The translations under genes and the position numbers were made by a program. A stretch of 64,000 nt of DNA from positions 145,762,001 to 145,826,000 of the forward strand of contig OX597818.1 of the NCBI GenBank assembly GCA_951406725.2, in the 5' to 3' direction. Positions 38,009 to 52,338 of the stretch are shown in pieces. The notes beneath the pieces are model-generated. The model ran no database searches, was not told the DNA's origin, and saw only the letters and a program-made list of their open reading frames with translations. How positions within the stretch are numbered: position 1 is the first letter of the stretch; every line of letters begins with the position of its first letter. Source of the stretch: Octopus vulgaris. Its lineage: Eukaryota.

Positions 38009-38535
38009 GAACACACGAATAAATATTAAAATATGATCAATGGGACATTTAAAATGATTATGTTACTTACATACACTATCACACTTTTGAGGAGAATGTA
38101 TTAGTAATCACAAAGGCTTGTTTTTAATTAAAATACAAAGTGATTAAAAGATAGAGAAAAAGGGTAATAAAATCTTTGGAAGAATATATACTCAGTTTGA
38201 TATATAATAAAGGCAAGAATGTATATATCAGCTAAGCTGTGAAAGAGCATCCTTGTTGGGTAGTTTAATTTTGCTCTGTAGCCTCCTAATAAAAAGAAAA
38301 TGATAATGATTTGACAGTTAAAATTAAAATTTAGGATAAATAAACAGCTGAACAACACATATGTTTATATATATATATGTACAACCTGAACTTGATGATT
38401 GCAAAGTTAAAAATTGCTACAATTTTTACCAACTTAATGAACCAAAATAGATGAGGCATTAATTGCAGTTCTTTTAAATCCTGTTCCTCTAAAGAATTAT
38501 TGGTGCAAAATGCTGTTTGATATTACATCAATACA

Positions 38536-38750
38536 AGGTGGTAAGCTAGCAGAGCAGTCAGCACACTGGGCAAGTGCTAGTGACATTTCATCCTGCTTTA
38601 CATTCTGAATTCAAATTCTGCAGCAATCATCTTTGCCTCTCAACCTTTTGGAGTCGATAAAATATGTACCTGTCATATACTACGGTCCATGTAATCAATT
38701 AGCCTCACTCACCCAAAACTTCAGGTTTTGTGCCTATAGTAGAAAGGATA
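38536..38750 (+). mobile_element. Nin/Deu-type SINE, degraded
   Basis: Head, core and tail are recognisable. Confidence 0.75.
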
Positions 38751-40139
38751 TTACACCAATATGCCATTCCCCTCTCTCTCTCTCTCTCTTCATAATTATT
38801 CTTTCCTGAAATTTACTGATATATTGACTTAAAAGAACAAATGGTTAAATCAATCACTTCAGATATAAAATTGCTAAACAGTTAACAATAATGATGTAGA
38901 TCTATTATTTGTTAGTAAGCAATAATCTGATTCTAATTTTAAAACTATTGTATTAGGATTGGTCAAAAATCATCATAAAAGCTGTATAATAAGTGTGATG
39001 TCATATGATAAAGAATACTAATAAGAGAATACAAAGAAGCTATTGTGGTTAGAAGGGAATGAAAGAAATATGAATAAACCAGCATGCATGTTTGAAAACA
39101 AGTGAAGCAAGTTGGCATTGAAGATGCTGGCTACCATATAAAAGATTGCACAAGCAATCTATACATTTAATGCAAATGGATAATTTGCTCTGAAATATAC
39201 TGTAAGTTGACAATACAGAGGAGCTAGTGTAGATATATGTAAGAAAGGCTTAGAGGGAAAAAAAATAATCTGAATAATATGGGAACATTGAACCTTAGAG
39301 ATAAGAAAATTCCAAATGAAAATACAAGGAGAAATGCTATATTGCAGAAATACCTTATCTAAATTAGTATAAAATAGATATTTTGCAAATATAGTCTCAC
39401 TAGTTTGAAATGCTCTACCAGAATTCTCCAGGAATAAATTTCAAAAAGATTAAACCAAACATTTAAAGTTGTTCAAAGATACTTGAAAAAAAGATTTTTC
39501 TGCTAAATTAACAAACTACCTCGGTTCTATAATATCTCTCTATGAAATAAACTAAATTATACTTTCCCTAGTTTATCTCACTAGAAGATAATGCACCATA
39601 TCTTCTGAGGAAGACTGCTTTTGATACAATAATGTCCTATCTAGGCAAAGCTTTCCTTCTTGTCTGTTTAATGCCTAGAAACACACATGTGGTGTGAATG
39701 ACTGAATACATACCTGCAAAAAGATAATTAACAGATTGAGTATTCTTGTAGTGAGATGTTGGTTTGTTCATGTTGTGAGAATTTGGCTGGAAAGAATGCC
39801 AACCATTAGTACAAGAGTCTTTGCTAGCATAAAGAAGCATTAATTATATATCAAAAATGCTTTCTTCTTTTACCTCATTGTAACCATCATTATTATAGAA
39901 TGACACATATGCTCAGATACATCCAATCATGATTTTATGTGTGTGTTTAACCTTCTAAAACTTGTAAAATCTGGTGTAGATAAATTTAATATGAATTTAC
40001 TATTCTAAAAGACTTCAATATCAAAAACTGAGGAGAAAGAAAAAAACTGTGATTTGCTCGACTAAAAAAGGTGGTGCTCCAGCATGGCTGCATATAACAT
40101 CATTTCATGTCAGCATACAAGTCAATTTTATAACTTTGT

Positions 40140-40535
40140 ACAGGTGCAGGAGTGGCTGTGTGGTTAGTAGCTTGCTTACCAACCACATGGTTCCAAGTTC
40201 AGTCCCACTGCATGGCACCTTGGGCAAGTGTCTTCTACTATAGCCTCGGGCCGACCAAAGCCTTGTGAGTGGATTTGGTAGATGGAAACTGAAAGAAGCT
40301 CGTCATATATATGTATATATATATGTGTGTGTTTGTCTGTCTGTGTTTGTCCCCTCAACCTCGCTTGACAACCGACGCTGTTGTGTTTACGTCCCCGTAA
40401 CTTAATGGTTCAGCAAAAGAAACTAATAGAATAAGTATTAGGCTTACAAAGAATAAGTCCAGGAGTTGACTTGCTCGACTAAAAAAGTGGTGCTCCAGCA
40501 TGGCCACAGTCAAATGACTGAAACAAGTAAAAGAG
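40140..40535 (+). mobile_element. Full-length CORE-type SINE
   Basis: ggagtggctgtgtggttagtagcttgc...ggcaccttgggcaagtgtc...tgactgaaacaagtaaaag. Confidence 0.92.
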
Positions 40536-43267
40536 TATCTCTCTCTAAGTAACCTACATTTTATTTTCCAGTACATCTTATCTATACTATTATTTTAATG
40601 ACTGCTACTTACATCAACTAAAGATCAGAAAAAGAAAAAAATTAACAGAATAATCATGAAATCCAAAGCTAGACACTTTTCTGTGTTTTATTCCATCAGT
40701 CTATTGCTTGTTACATTATGATATAAATTTATATATGATAGCTAATTTCTTTCATTATATTGCAACTAATTAGTAATCAATAATGGCAAATTAATGATAG
40801 GATTTAAAATTTCAATTGAGTATATACATTTTAAAGTGTATAACGAAATACACTAACAAAGCATAGAATGTTAAAGAATTGAGTTTTATTTAAATGTTTG
40901 TTTAGATTCTATATAATGAGCACTGTAGAGCAAGAAGTAAGTTAATTGTGAGTCAAATCCATAAGATGATCTTAAAAAGCTGGCCCTTGGAAAAAGGTGT
41001 CAATATCCCAAGCTCACATTTCTTGTTTCAGTTTTCAAGTAAAATCATTCTAAGTTTCTTCCATTGCTAAAGCACTTAAGAAGGCTTGTATGGCATGCAA
41101 CCTTATTTCCCCTTGACATCTGATTAAGTGAAATAAGCATGTTATTTTAGATAAGGTAAAATTCAGGTCCCATGAAAACTGATGAGGTAAATGATGTTGG
41201 CAACGATTAATCAAAAGAAGAGTTTGGAGAATATCAGTAAGTCTGATTACCATATTGAGTAGAAAGTCTGTTGTTTTGGATTCTTGCTCTTCAGTAGAGA
41301 GAAGAAAAAGGTGAAGATATTATTGACTTTGATGTCAATGACCAGCATCAAATTGCCATCTACTCTCAGTTTATTGCTTTTTTATTCCTTCTCAACCCAC
41401 ACCCCTTTATTTCACATATTCTCTCACTCTTGTTGCACTTTTCATTTCCATTGTTGTAGACACTCAACTCTTTTAAAATGATTAATCCTTATTGGAATGA
41501 TATTTCTAATAAAAAAACTTACATAACTATGGCGTGGCTTTATTTCTTTATGGATGCATTATCACTTCATTTCTGCCTCTAGGATATCATACATAGTGCA
41601 TGTATTTTGTGAAAGATATATGCATCCCAAAATCCAATCGAATCTACCTTAACAATATAGGATTTTGATTCTAGTCAAAAGAAACATCTTTCATTCTTGA
41701 TGCTACTGTGAAATATTTCTAACTTTCTACACCAAAATAACTTTCTCTACTTCTATAATCAAGAACTTTACAAGTTTCTCTCTGTTATAACAAGAAATGA
41801 AAAGTATATCAAAAGCATTCCTTCCATTGATACAAATATCATGTAATGATTAATAACATAACTAACCAATAATGAAATATGGAAAAATTCATTTGGTAGA
41901 CACATTCAGTACAACTTGTGCAATATTACTATGTATTCAGTAGATATTGCTAGTATACATCAATTATTTGATGCATTATTTTAAAGAATAAAGACACAGC
42001 CTGACAACCAGTGTTCAATAACTGAATGCATTGCTAAAGTCTTTGTTTAGCAATCGCTGATGCAGAATGTTCTAAACTACCAACTCATTAGACAAGTCAT
42101 TATAGGAATTCTTCTAAACAGATGTTCTTGTTGCAGATCTCTTGATCAATGTATAAAGTTGAAATGCTGGACTTGTTGCACATAAAAAGAAATAGATAAA
42201 TAATTGATATATATATAATGCAGAAGCCAATTTATTCTACTGTTCTACAAACTATAACAGTTGTAATGATAGAGAATTTGCTATTTTTCTTGGATAGCTG
42301 GTGGAAATAGGGACATAGATTTTTTCAAAATACTTTAATAGTAATTTTATTCAATCTCATGTGAATGCCATACACTAAATGGTAAATTATCAGCATATTA
42401 GACTTTTGACCTGCTTTCAATTTCTGGTACAGTCGATTATACATTAGTTCCGCTCTACCTTGGAATCCAACCAGTGTCACTAGTGTGGAGACAGGTGACA
42501 GCGTCAGGCTAACATACATTGACACATGACACATTATGAGAAGAGAAAGTTTACATTGGTGAACCGAAAATCTAATCAGTGGATACTTTTATTAACTATT
42601 TCAATGTGGATTTAATGGTTTACATTTTGCTATTTATACATGTGTGGCACTGAAGAATTTCTTTCTTAATGCTAATCACAGTGAGTTTGTTATCATTGCT
42701 ACTGTTACTGTATAACTTTCATCAGCTTTGTTCAAACAGACCAATTACTCATTTGCAAATGTTTTCAAATGAGCCAAGTATGTTGTAAGTCTCTAACTAC
42801 ACTCTACATTTCACCATGCAATTACTAATTGCTTAGGTTACAATATGGCAATCAATTTGTCAGTTTAGACTGTCCATTTTTCCATTCAGTCTATTTGTAT
42901 AGAAATAAAATGGAGAACCATAGTTCAATCAGTTGGTGAATCATATTCCTGGTGCTTTGGGATTTACTTGAGGTGAATTTAGTTAGTTGATGAGTCATTT
43001 TCTTAATTCTCCAAGATTGACTTAAGCTGAATCCAGATTTGGTGTCACTATTTTGCTGTGTATATACATTTTATGTTTATCAAATTCAGGTAGAAAATAG
43101 TGTTAAAACATCATTCTTGAATGTTGCTGATGTGTTTAAGCTTTGTCTACAGTTAAACATGTAGTTACCGGGCTATCAGAGCTACAAACTGAAGCAATAC
43201 ACTGGATTTTCCACAGAAATACTCAACCGTTCATACTGAATATTTCTGAATATCTATACAAGTAGAT

Positions 43268-43623
43268 TAGTTTTGGGATTTGGTTTGCAAGATTCTTTAT
43301 GTGAGTTCGTGTGTTGAAGCATATTCTGTTGTGTCTAGGGAGAGTCATTTTCTTTTTGCGCCTTATGATTTAACACACTCACCAGTAAAATTTCCACTTA
43401 TTTCTTATTTTTTATTTTTATTTTCCTAAAATGTTTGTAGCATCTTGCAACCTTTTCAATAGTATTTTAATAGTCAAGACTATTGAAAAGGTTGCAAGAT
43501 GCAATGAAAATTTTAGGAAAATAAAAATAAAAAATAAGAAATAAGTGGAAATTTTACCAGTGAGTGTGTTAAATCATAAGGCATAAAAACCAAATGACTC
43601 TCCCCAGACACAACAGAATATGC
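43268..43623. mobile_element. Hairpin/foldback element with ~145-bp inverted arms
   Basis: 43319-43464 is approximately the reverse complement of 43479-43623. An internally deleted copy lies at 50225-50460. Confidence 0.85.
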
Positions 43624-44548
43624 AAGTAGTCCTTGTTGGGAATACAAATATTGACTCTAATGATTTATAGAATGAAGTCTGTGTATTACTTGTTCTCAGT
43701 GAAAAGCTCTGAAGCAATTTTCCCCTCTACCAATCTAAGCAGTTTGCTACTAAATACAGAATTCTGTTGGAATCCACTGTAGTTTATTAACAGCATTATA
43801 AGTTATGATTATTCAAGGGGTAAATATATTGACACTTCATTTCAAGTAAACAATATTTCATTCTATAGTTAGCATTTTGTTGTATCCTTAGATGAAATAT
43901 TTAATTCAATTTGCTCTATTTCAAACTACATGGTTTGAAATTAGATGCTAGCACCAACTCTATTAACTTTTAATAGTTCCAGAGAGATAATTTCTATCAA
44001 ATACTAAAATGGCATACTAGAGAGGGGAGGAACTTCTAAACTAGCTAAGTGTTAAAGATGAAATTAGATATTATCTTAAGAAAGATGAAGCTGGCTATGT
44101 TGTCTTGAGATTGAAATTAGATATCAAAGTAACCAGAGCTGGATAAAATCTTTCATTTTAAAAATAATTTAAACAAACAAAAGATAAAAGAAACTATGTT
44201 GGACAGGTTTATTGGGGATGAGGTTTTCACAAACAATGATAAAATAACCAATTCATTACTAAAAAAGGCATTTTGAAGTTAGTAAAGCAGATAGCAACAT
44301 TGCAACAGGAACCACTCTGATGCTACAATACTTTAAATCCTATAATAATTCACACAGTATTTTAAAATCCTGTTTTTTTAATCTTCTTTTGTTTTCTAAT
44401 AGTTCACTTTATCATGGTAAATCCCCATTAGAATTAACCTGATCCTTAGTTTTCATCATCACAAGTATATGTCACACAGATAATGGACTCTAATTCATTA
44501 ATCACTTTATTGATGATATTCATGAAAGGAGATTCTCATACAGTAAAT

Positions 44549-44723
44549 TACAAGCTGCCAGACGAGATGGTGAAGATGCCGACGACCGCTTTGTTCAAAG
44601 CCTCCCTGGACCTCAAGTGGCCTGAACTCTTTACATGAACACCACCCTGTACTTAACTCCATGTCCCCCTACATGGCCTTGCTATTTGCTTTTGAGCCAA
44701 ATTAACTAACTAACTAACTAACT
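44549..44723 (+). mobile_element. CR1-clade LINE 3' end with (AACT)n tail
   Basis: KLPDEMVKMPTTALFKASLDLKWPELFT*, then a UTR, then aactaactaact. Confidence 0.85.
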
Positions 44724-45239
44724 GTAGATGAGATTATATAAATTTGATTTTCTTACATTTTAACATGATTGTTCTCATTTATTTTTCCCACAACCATTTT
44801 AAGTTTTCATGAAGCAGCTAAAGTTATTTGGGTGCATGTTATCATAAAGAAAAGATTTGTAATGAGAATATGAATGTGTCAGTTGACTTATAATTCTTAA
44901 GATTTTAGTCCCTTGCTGGCATTTTTTGTGACATTGGGTATGCTACCAAATTCACCTATCCTACCTCAATCATTCTAGTTGATTAAATTTTTTACAAATG
45001 GCTGGATAATCCATAGTTACAAAATCGATCTCATATCCTACTTGTTTCATTTTTTTAATGAGATTGAGAAAAGAAATGGTGGTTTCTTTAACTAGGTTTA
45101 AAATGGACCCTTAGAATTAAAAATCTTGCCTCATAACTGGTCATAGAAAATAAAGTTTCAATTAATATGAAATTAATCTGTCATAAACAGCAGAAGTTGA
45201 AGGAATAACAGCCCTTTTTTTTTTCTTATTCCTTTCCAG

Positions 45240-45354
45240 AATATACCGGGTATTAGGGCCGTCAGCGGTGGTCTGCTCCATTGGCCTCCTTTTTGCTGCC
45301 TCTTTCTACTGTTACTGTTACTTGTCTGTTGATTCGAGGCTGAAAAGGAAGAAG
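45240..45354 (+). CDS. Internal exon encoding a transmembrane helix: IYRVLGPSAVVCSIGLLFAASFYCYCYLSVDSRLKRKK
   Basis: Strong acceptor (ttttttttttcttattcctttccag) and consensus donor AAG|gtaagt. It is an open, GC-richer island encoding a hydrophobic stretch followed by a basic cluster. Confidence 0.8.
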
Positions 45355-46009
45355 GTAAGTAAAGCTTTTTTTCTAATGTAAAACCACTGAGATTGATTAA
45401 ATTATTTCTTTTACCAAAATCACACTCCCAACTACAACAACAACAACTAATACAACATTGCTATTCTTGTCAAAATCACTAATGGATTTTACCATTAAAG
45501 CTAATATTGATGCTTTACAAGTGAAGAGCTAGAAGAATTCTTCCAGCAGCTGTGGACATGAAAGAGTTAGCACAATGACAATAGGATTTACAGTTTAGTG
45601 ATGTATAATAGTCATTACTTAATGCTGCCAGCAGCAGCTGTAGACATGAAAGAAATAACTTATTAATGACAACAATGGAAGACTATTATGATAGCTCCCA
45701 GTATGTTAGAAAAAAAGATAACTGAATTTCATAGCTTAGGGTGTCATGTACAGGTTCTGCTTTCAATGTTGTTCTTTATCCACAATCATTTATAAAAAAA
45801 AAAAAATCCTGTTAGAGTCAGATACGTCTTTATTAAGAAATAATGGGGTAACTTACTACCACAGTTTTAAAAAAATTGCAAATATAAACGCATTTGAGAA
45901 AATGTTGTGATCAATTCAGAGTAGTAAATATATAATTTCAGTTACATACCATATCTAATAATAGGGATATAAGTAACTGTGGCTTTTTTGTACACCTGTG
46001 TGTTACATG

Positions 46010-46186
<177 letters not shown>

Positions 46187-46204
46187 TGCTATCTTGTATA
46201 TGAG

Positions 46205-46520
46205 CAAAGCCATTGCTAGAAAGAACCATTGAAACAAGTCACTGATAATGCAATGTGAGGCCCTTGTATGACTCTCGAGCCTGGCCAAAGATTTGCGCAA
46301 TCTGTTGCATAATGCACACCTGTACTAGCTGGCAGAGGGGACAGGTGCCACAGTATGAAGTCTTTTGACATGCCTTCTCAATCCTCCAACTGAAAGGCAC
46401 ACCTTTCCACAGGTTGCACATGTTCTGTTGTGAACAATAACCTCATCACAATTTACAAGGGGTTGATTCCTCTGAGTTCTTTGATGGCTGACCAGGCCTG
46501 CATCACTCAAGCATTTCCTT
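46205..46520 (-). mobile_element. RTE-like LINE 3' end with a C2H2-type finger
   Basis: CATCGKVCLSVGGLRRHVKRLH, with an (ACT)n tail at 46131-46185. The clade assignment is inference. Confidence 0.6.
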
Positions 46521-46770
46521 ATATATATATATATACGTGTGCGTGTCACAAGAAAAAGAGATGACACAAGAAAAACAATGGTTATGTTATGAATTTCATT
46601 TGCTTACAGCTGTTTCTGTTACAAGATGCAGTGAACTCGTAGCTGAGTGCCTGAATAACATCCTATTACTTCATTGGACCCTCGAATATGAAATGCAATT
46701 TATTTGTAAAAAAGGAATTACATTTGTACAATATACAGGGAAAGGATTATTAGTGAGGAAGTCATTACTG

Positions 46771-46916
46771 ATCATCATCATCATCATCGTTTAGCGTCCG
46801 CTTTCCATGCTAGCATGGGTTGGATGGGTCAACTGGGGTCTGTGAAGCTGGAAGGCTTCGTCAGGCCCAGTCAGATCTGGCAGTGTTTCTACGGCTGGAT
46901 GCCCTTCCTAACGCCA
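46771..46916 (-). mobile_element. 3' end of the (GAT)n-tailed retroposon family (RTE-type tail)
   Basis: catcatcgtttagcgtccgctttccatgctagcatgggttgga, also found at 24057-24116, 56920 and 61250-61392. Confidence 0.8.
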
Positions 46917-47409
46917 ATATGATGTATATAAAAAAAGTATATGGCCAAAAGGTAATTAGATTTGCTAGCAGAAAAAGTAGAGACATACACATATGCATAT
47001 ATATATATATATATATATATAAAGACATTCACACACATACACATATGAAATGCATTTTCACTGACATACATAAACACACTACATATACACACAGGTAAAA
47101 AAAGAGAAAATAGATGGGTACAGAGGCCAACCCACACACACACACACAGATCTATTCATGCACATAGACACACACACACACACAGACATATACATACACA
47201 CATGCATACACACACATACACATTATAGGTAAGTACACAGACATATATATAAATTACACACACAGATAGAGACATCCAGAGATAAAACACTCACAGAGAT
47301 TCTGATAGACTTATATGCATTGACATACAGATTAATGAATAGAGAACAAAAGGTTTTAGTGACCTTATACACTCCTGAAGCTATAGGATGTTATTCAGGC
47401 ACTATGATG

Positions 47410-47577
47410 AAAAAGGGGCTGAGAACTGATCCTTGATGAACCCCTACTTGTACCCTGAATTCATCACTATACTCATTGCTAACCTTCGCCTTACTGACAG
47501 CATCCCTGTTCATTGCTTGTACAGCTCTCACTAACCACTCATCTGTCCCTAGCTTCTGCATTGACCACCAGATAAGG
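47410..47577 (-). mobile_element. RTE RT fragment
   Basis: LIWWSMQKLGTDEWLVRAVQAM...FRVQVGVHQGSVLSP. Confidence 0.85.
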
Positions 47578-47619
47578 AAGTGGGAGAAAATTTAACTTCA
47601 TTTCAAACAACCTGTGACT

Positions 47620-49010
47620 ACAAACTCTCTAGCATCTAGGGATTTTCTTTGGATTGTCCTTAAAAAGCTAAGTGTTCCCAAAAAGATACTCAATGTCATC
47701 ACTTATTTCCATCAAGGGTTGATGGCTTCTGTCAGATCTAGCAGGGAAGTGTCTGATTCATTCACAGTCTCAAATGGGGCAAAACAAGGCTGTGTTCTTG
47801 CAACACTCTTATTTGCTTTGTATTTCTCCGTCATGTTGGAAACAGCCTTCGAGGGTGTTAAAGAAAGAGTAAATTTGAGTACAGAACTGGCGGCAGCTTG
47901 TTCAACCAACAGTGCTTCAAAGCAAAAGCTTAGACTTTGGTGCAAACAGTTCAAGACTTGCTCTTTGCAGATGATTGTGCTCTTACAGCACACACTCTCG
48001 AGGACATGCAATGGATTCTAAATAACTTCTCATGTGCATTGGAAGCTTTTGGTCTAACTATCAACATCAACAAAACAGAGCTTGTCCATCAGTCCATCCG
48101 TGGCTGTCTTCCCACTGTTGCTTCTACCGTATATGATGATGGGAAAGAACTAAAAACTATTTCCTCCTTCACTTATCTAGGTTCCATTGTTTTCAATGAT
48201 GCTAAGATGGTTAAAGAAATTGAGTCAAGAATTGGGAAGGCTAGTTCCACTTTCAGTAAGCTTTATCACAGGCTTTTGAACAGCCATGGCATATCGTTGA
48301 AGGTGAAATTTGATGTATATTAGTTGGTGGTCTTGACAACATTGCTTTATGGTGTTGAATCCCGGACTTTGGATGCAAAGCAAATCAACCAGCTTGATAC
48401 TTTTCATATGTGATGCTTGTGTACTATCTCCAATATAAAACTGAGTGACCTTATTCATAATAGTGAGGTACTAAGAAAATACAACATATCAGGTATTGAA
48501 GCCATTCACATCAAAATACAGCTTAGATGGTCAGGTCATCTCTCACATATGAGTGATATTAGAATTCTGAAGCAACTTCTTTTTGGCCTATTCACAACAA
48601 CAGGAGGGTCAGTTGGAAGGCCACTCTTGCACTTCAAAGACAAACTAAAAGACAATCTGAAGTGGTGCAACATTCTCTTTTGTTTCTGAGAAAATAAAGC
48701 ATCAAAACACAGGACCTGGTGCCAGTCCTGCTTCTCCTTAGTTCAAAGATTTGAGCAAAGTTGGCTCCAACATTGTGACCAACTTTGTGCAAGCATGAGG
48801 GCACACTGGAAAAACACTGCTCCTCTAAATGGAAACCTTACCTGTCATTATCGTTTTGTAGCACAATGCACAGCAGGGCTTACCATCCACCCAAGAAAAC
48901 ATATAGCGAATAATCCACAAGCACTTGAGCAAATTAAGTCATCAACTTTTTCCATTTGCTAAAAGGTTTCCAAGGCACCAGCAGGCCTCAAGAACATGAT
49001 TAATGCTTTA
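47620..49010 (+). mobile_element. Degraded RTE (BovB-like) LINE, RT to C-terminus
   Basis: GAKQGCVLATLLFALYF; LLFADDCAL; FGLTININKT; FTYLGS; QLRWSGH. Confidence 0.92.
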
Positions 49011-49054
49011 TTTTATTGAACCCTCATTTGTTGTTCATGACAAGAGAATCCATC

Positions 49055-49097
<43 letters not shown>

Positions 49098-49108
49098 TAT
49101 ACACATAC

Positions 49109-49146
<38 letters not shown>

Positions 49147-49215
49147 GTACTTACATACACATACATATATACACACACACTTACATATATATATACACAC
49201 ACACATACACCATAT

Positions 49216-49253
<38 letters not shown>

Positions 49254-49254
<1 letters not shown>

Positions 49255-49308
49255 ATATCAGAAACCTAGGAGTAATTGTTGACAACAATCTCAGCTGGAG
49301 TGCCCACA
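49254..49308 (+). mobile_element. Tiny CR1 RT fragment
   Basis: NIRNLGVIVDNNLSWSAH, compared with NIRDLGVIVDDDLSWSAH in the 32-kb element. Confidence 0.7.
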
Positions 49309-49717
49309 GCTGAGATATGTAACGCACTACCTAAATACCAATCTTGAGAAATTAGGCATCTCAAAACCAGAACAAAGAAAGCTAATTCGAAGACTGCAGA
49401 TCCAATCCATCTCTGGAACTGTAAAAACCTGAAAAGCTTTCCAGAAGTTTATCATCTAAATATATATGAGCATGTCTAGATATGCAACTGTATGCATGAG
49501 AATACATACATAGAACATACAAATCTGCACATACATGCATACATTCATACATACATACATACATACATACATACATACAGACAAACAGAAATACCCTGTT
49601 GTTGTTGTTAAAATTCCATTGAAGAAGCCTTGGATCTAGGTTAGAAACTGGTTCTTTCTGTATTGGCAAGAAATCTTGAAATAAACTGAATAATAACATT
49701 CATACATTTATACATAC

Positions 49718-49752
<35 letters not shown>

Positions 49753-50224
49753 TTTATGTATGTATGCATGTATGTATGAGTATATGAATCAGAGGTGTTC
49801 TGATTATAAAATGGATGGAAATATTTAAAATCTCATAAGGTAGAACACAACATTTACCACTTCAAACCATAGACTCATAGAATATATTACAATAATACTT
49901 GAATGCAAAAGTTCCTTATTTACAAGAAATCACCAACTAACAAACCCCAGAACATATTTCAGACTAATATACAAACTTCATTGTGAACTTCAAAACTCAA
50001 ACTGTTACATCAGACACGGAAGTACAACCCTTTATCTTTGGTTGACCATGCATTTACATAGAACTCACTGCATCTCATTGTAATGCAGTGCAAAAAGTAA
50101 AATAGAAAAATACTTGTTGAAAGTACCATCATTTTATGTAGAATTCAACAAGAATAATTATGAATACTCTACTAATAACAAAATACAAACCTAAATTAAA
50201 CACGGAAATATAACATAAATTTCG

Positions 50225-50460
50225 TTTTGAGATTTGGTTTGCAGGATTCTTTATATGAGTTCGTGTGTTGAAGCATATTCTGTTGTGTCTGGGGTGAGTC
50301 GTTTTCTTTTTGTGCCTTATAATGTAGGACACTATTGAAAAGGTTGCAAGAAGCAACAAAAAGTTTAGGAAAGTAAAAATAAGTTGTAATTTTACCGGTA
50401 AGTGTGTTACATTATAAGGCACAGAAAGAAAATGACTCTCCCCAGACACAACAGAATATA
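50225..50460. mobile_element. Internally deleted copy of the 43268 hairpin element
   Basis: Same 5' leader and same arm ends. Confidence 0.85.
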
Positions 50461-50872
50461 ACATAAATGAAAATGTTATAACATCCATGAAATTTATCAG
50501 GATTTACTGCTCTTAATCTTAAATCTGGTGTTGAGGATTTTATCAGTAATAAAATTATTTCCTAGGCCCTTTGCAACTTAAGGTGGTACACATGGACAAC
50601 ATACCATTACAACAACTTCATTTGAAAATGGAATTCTTAATGTCTCAAAATGTTAACCTGAATGGATTTAGAAATATAATTGTTCCAAACCAAAAAACAA
50701 GAACTAATAAGGAAATACAAAGCATCCTTAATACAAAAGATTAAACTTGAATTTAGTCATGTTTTTAATGTAAAATATTTGAAAGTAAAGCATTCAAGGC
50801 ATACACAAATATAATATAATATGATTTAATATTATACATATATATGTGTGAGTTTGTATATGTATGTATATG

Positions 50873-51640
<768 letters not shown>

Positions 51641-51679
51641 ATACATATATATATATAGCGGTGTATGTACTCTCTCTCT

Positions 51680-51732
<53 letters not shown>

Positions 51733-51817
51733 ACACACACACACACACACTCACACACACATATATACACACTCACTCACATACACAGACACACACGCGT
51801 ACATATACATATATACG

Positions 51818-51848
<31 letters not shown>

Positions 51849-52179
51849 ATATATATATACATATATATATATTTTATGCCTATTTCTGTTAGCTAAGTAC
51901 AGAGTTGTACAGAATTATATGCCCTACCCAAATATTTCAAAAAGTCTATGGGTTGTTTAAATTCATCACTAAAAATGGAGTTTCTGATAACTACAATTGA
52001 TCTCTGCACAGTTTCAGTTAAGCCAGATGCAAAACTATGACCTAGAGACTGGAACATATATACTTATATAAACTTTCCCAAACACACACATGAATGTATG
52101 TATACATATTTGTATTTACTTCAAAATAAACTTGAATAGTACTTATTTTGTTCCATCTTTTTGCTTTCTTCTTTAATAG

Positions 52180-52338
52180 CAGGAGACACCACCAGAAAAA
52201 GAATATTCCGTTAATGCCAGTCTAAAAAACAGTACATGTTCTGAAAATAACACAGATCCAGATATAAATATGGAATATTCTGGGCTGGACTATAGTGAAG
52301 GTGAACAATGTTTACAGTTTGCTGATGGGGAGCAATAA
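52180..52338 (+). CDS. Stop-containing exon: QETPPEKEYSVNASLKNSTCSENNTDPDINMEYSGLDYSEGEQCLQFADGEQ* (exon extends to 52398)
   Basis: Polypyrimidine tract and tag|cag acceptor. It is open in phase 0, as the 45240 exon requires. Donor CAG|gtaagc at 52398/52399. Confidence 0.72.
   Translation, partial: QETPPEKEYSVNASLKNSTCSENNTDPDINMEYSGLDYSEGEQCLQFADGEQ

Noticed and set aside
44403-44416. 14-nt microexon (ag|ttcactttatcatg|gtaaat) upstream of the TM exon
   Set aside because: Splicing it to 45240 creates TGA in the TM frame, and its ATG frame stops inside the next exon.
46325-46567. Host C2H2 zinc-finger gene
   Set aside because: A single finger next to a simple-repeat tail, in a decayed frame with no splice support. 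It fits a LINE C-terminus better.
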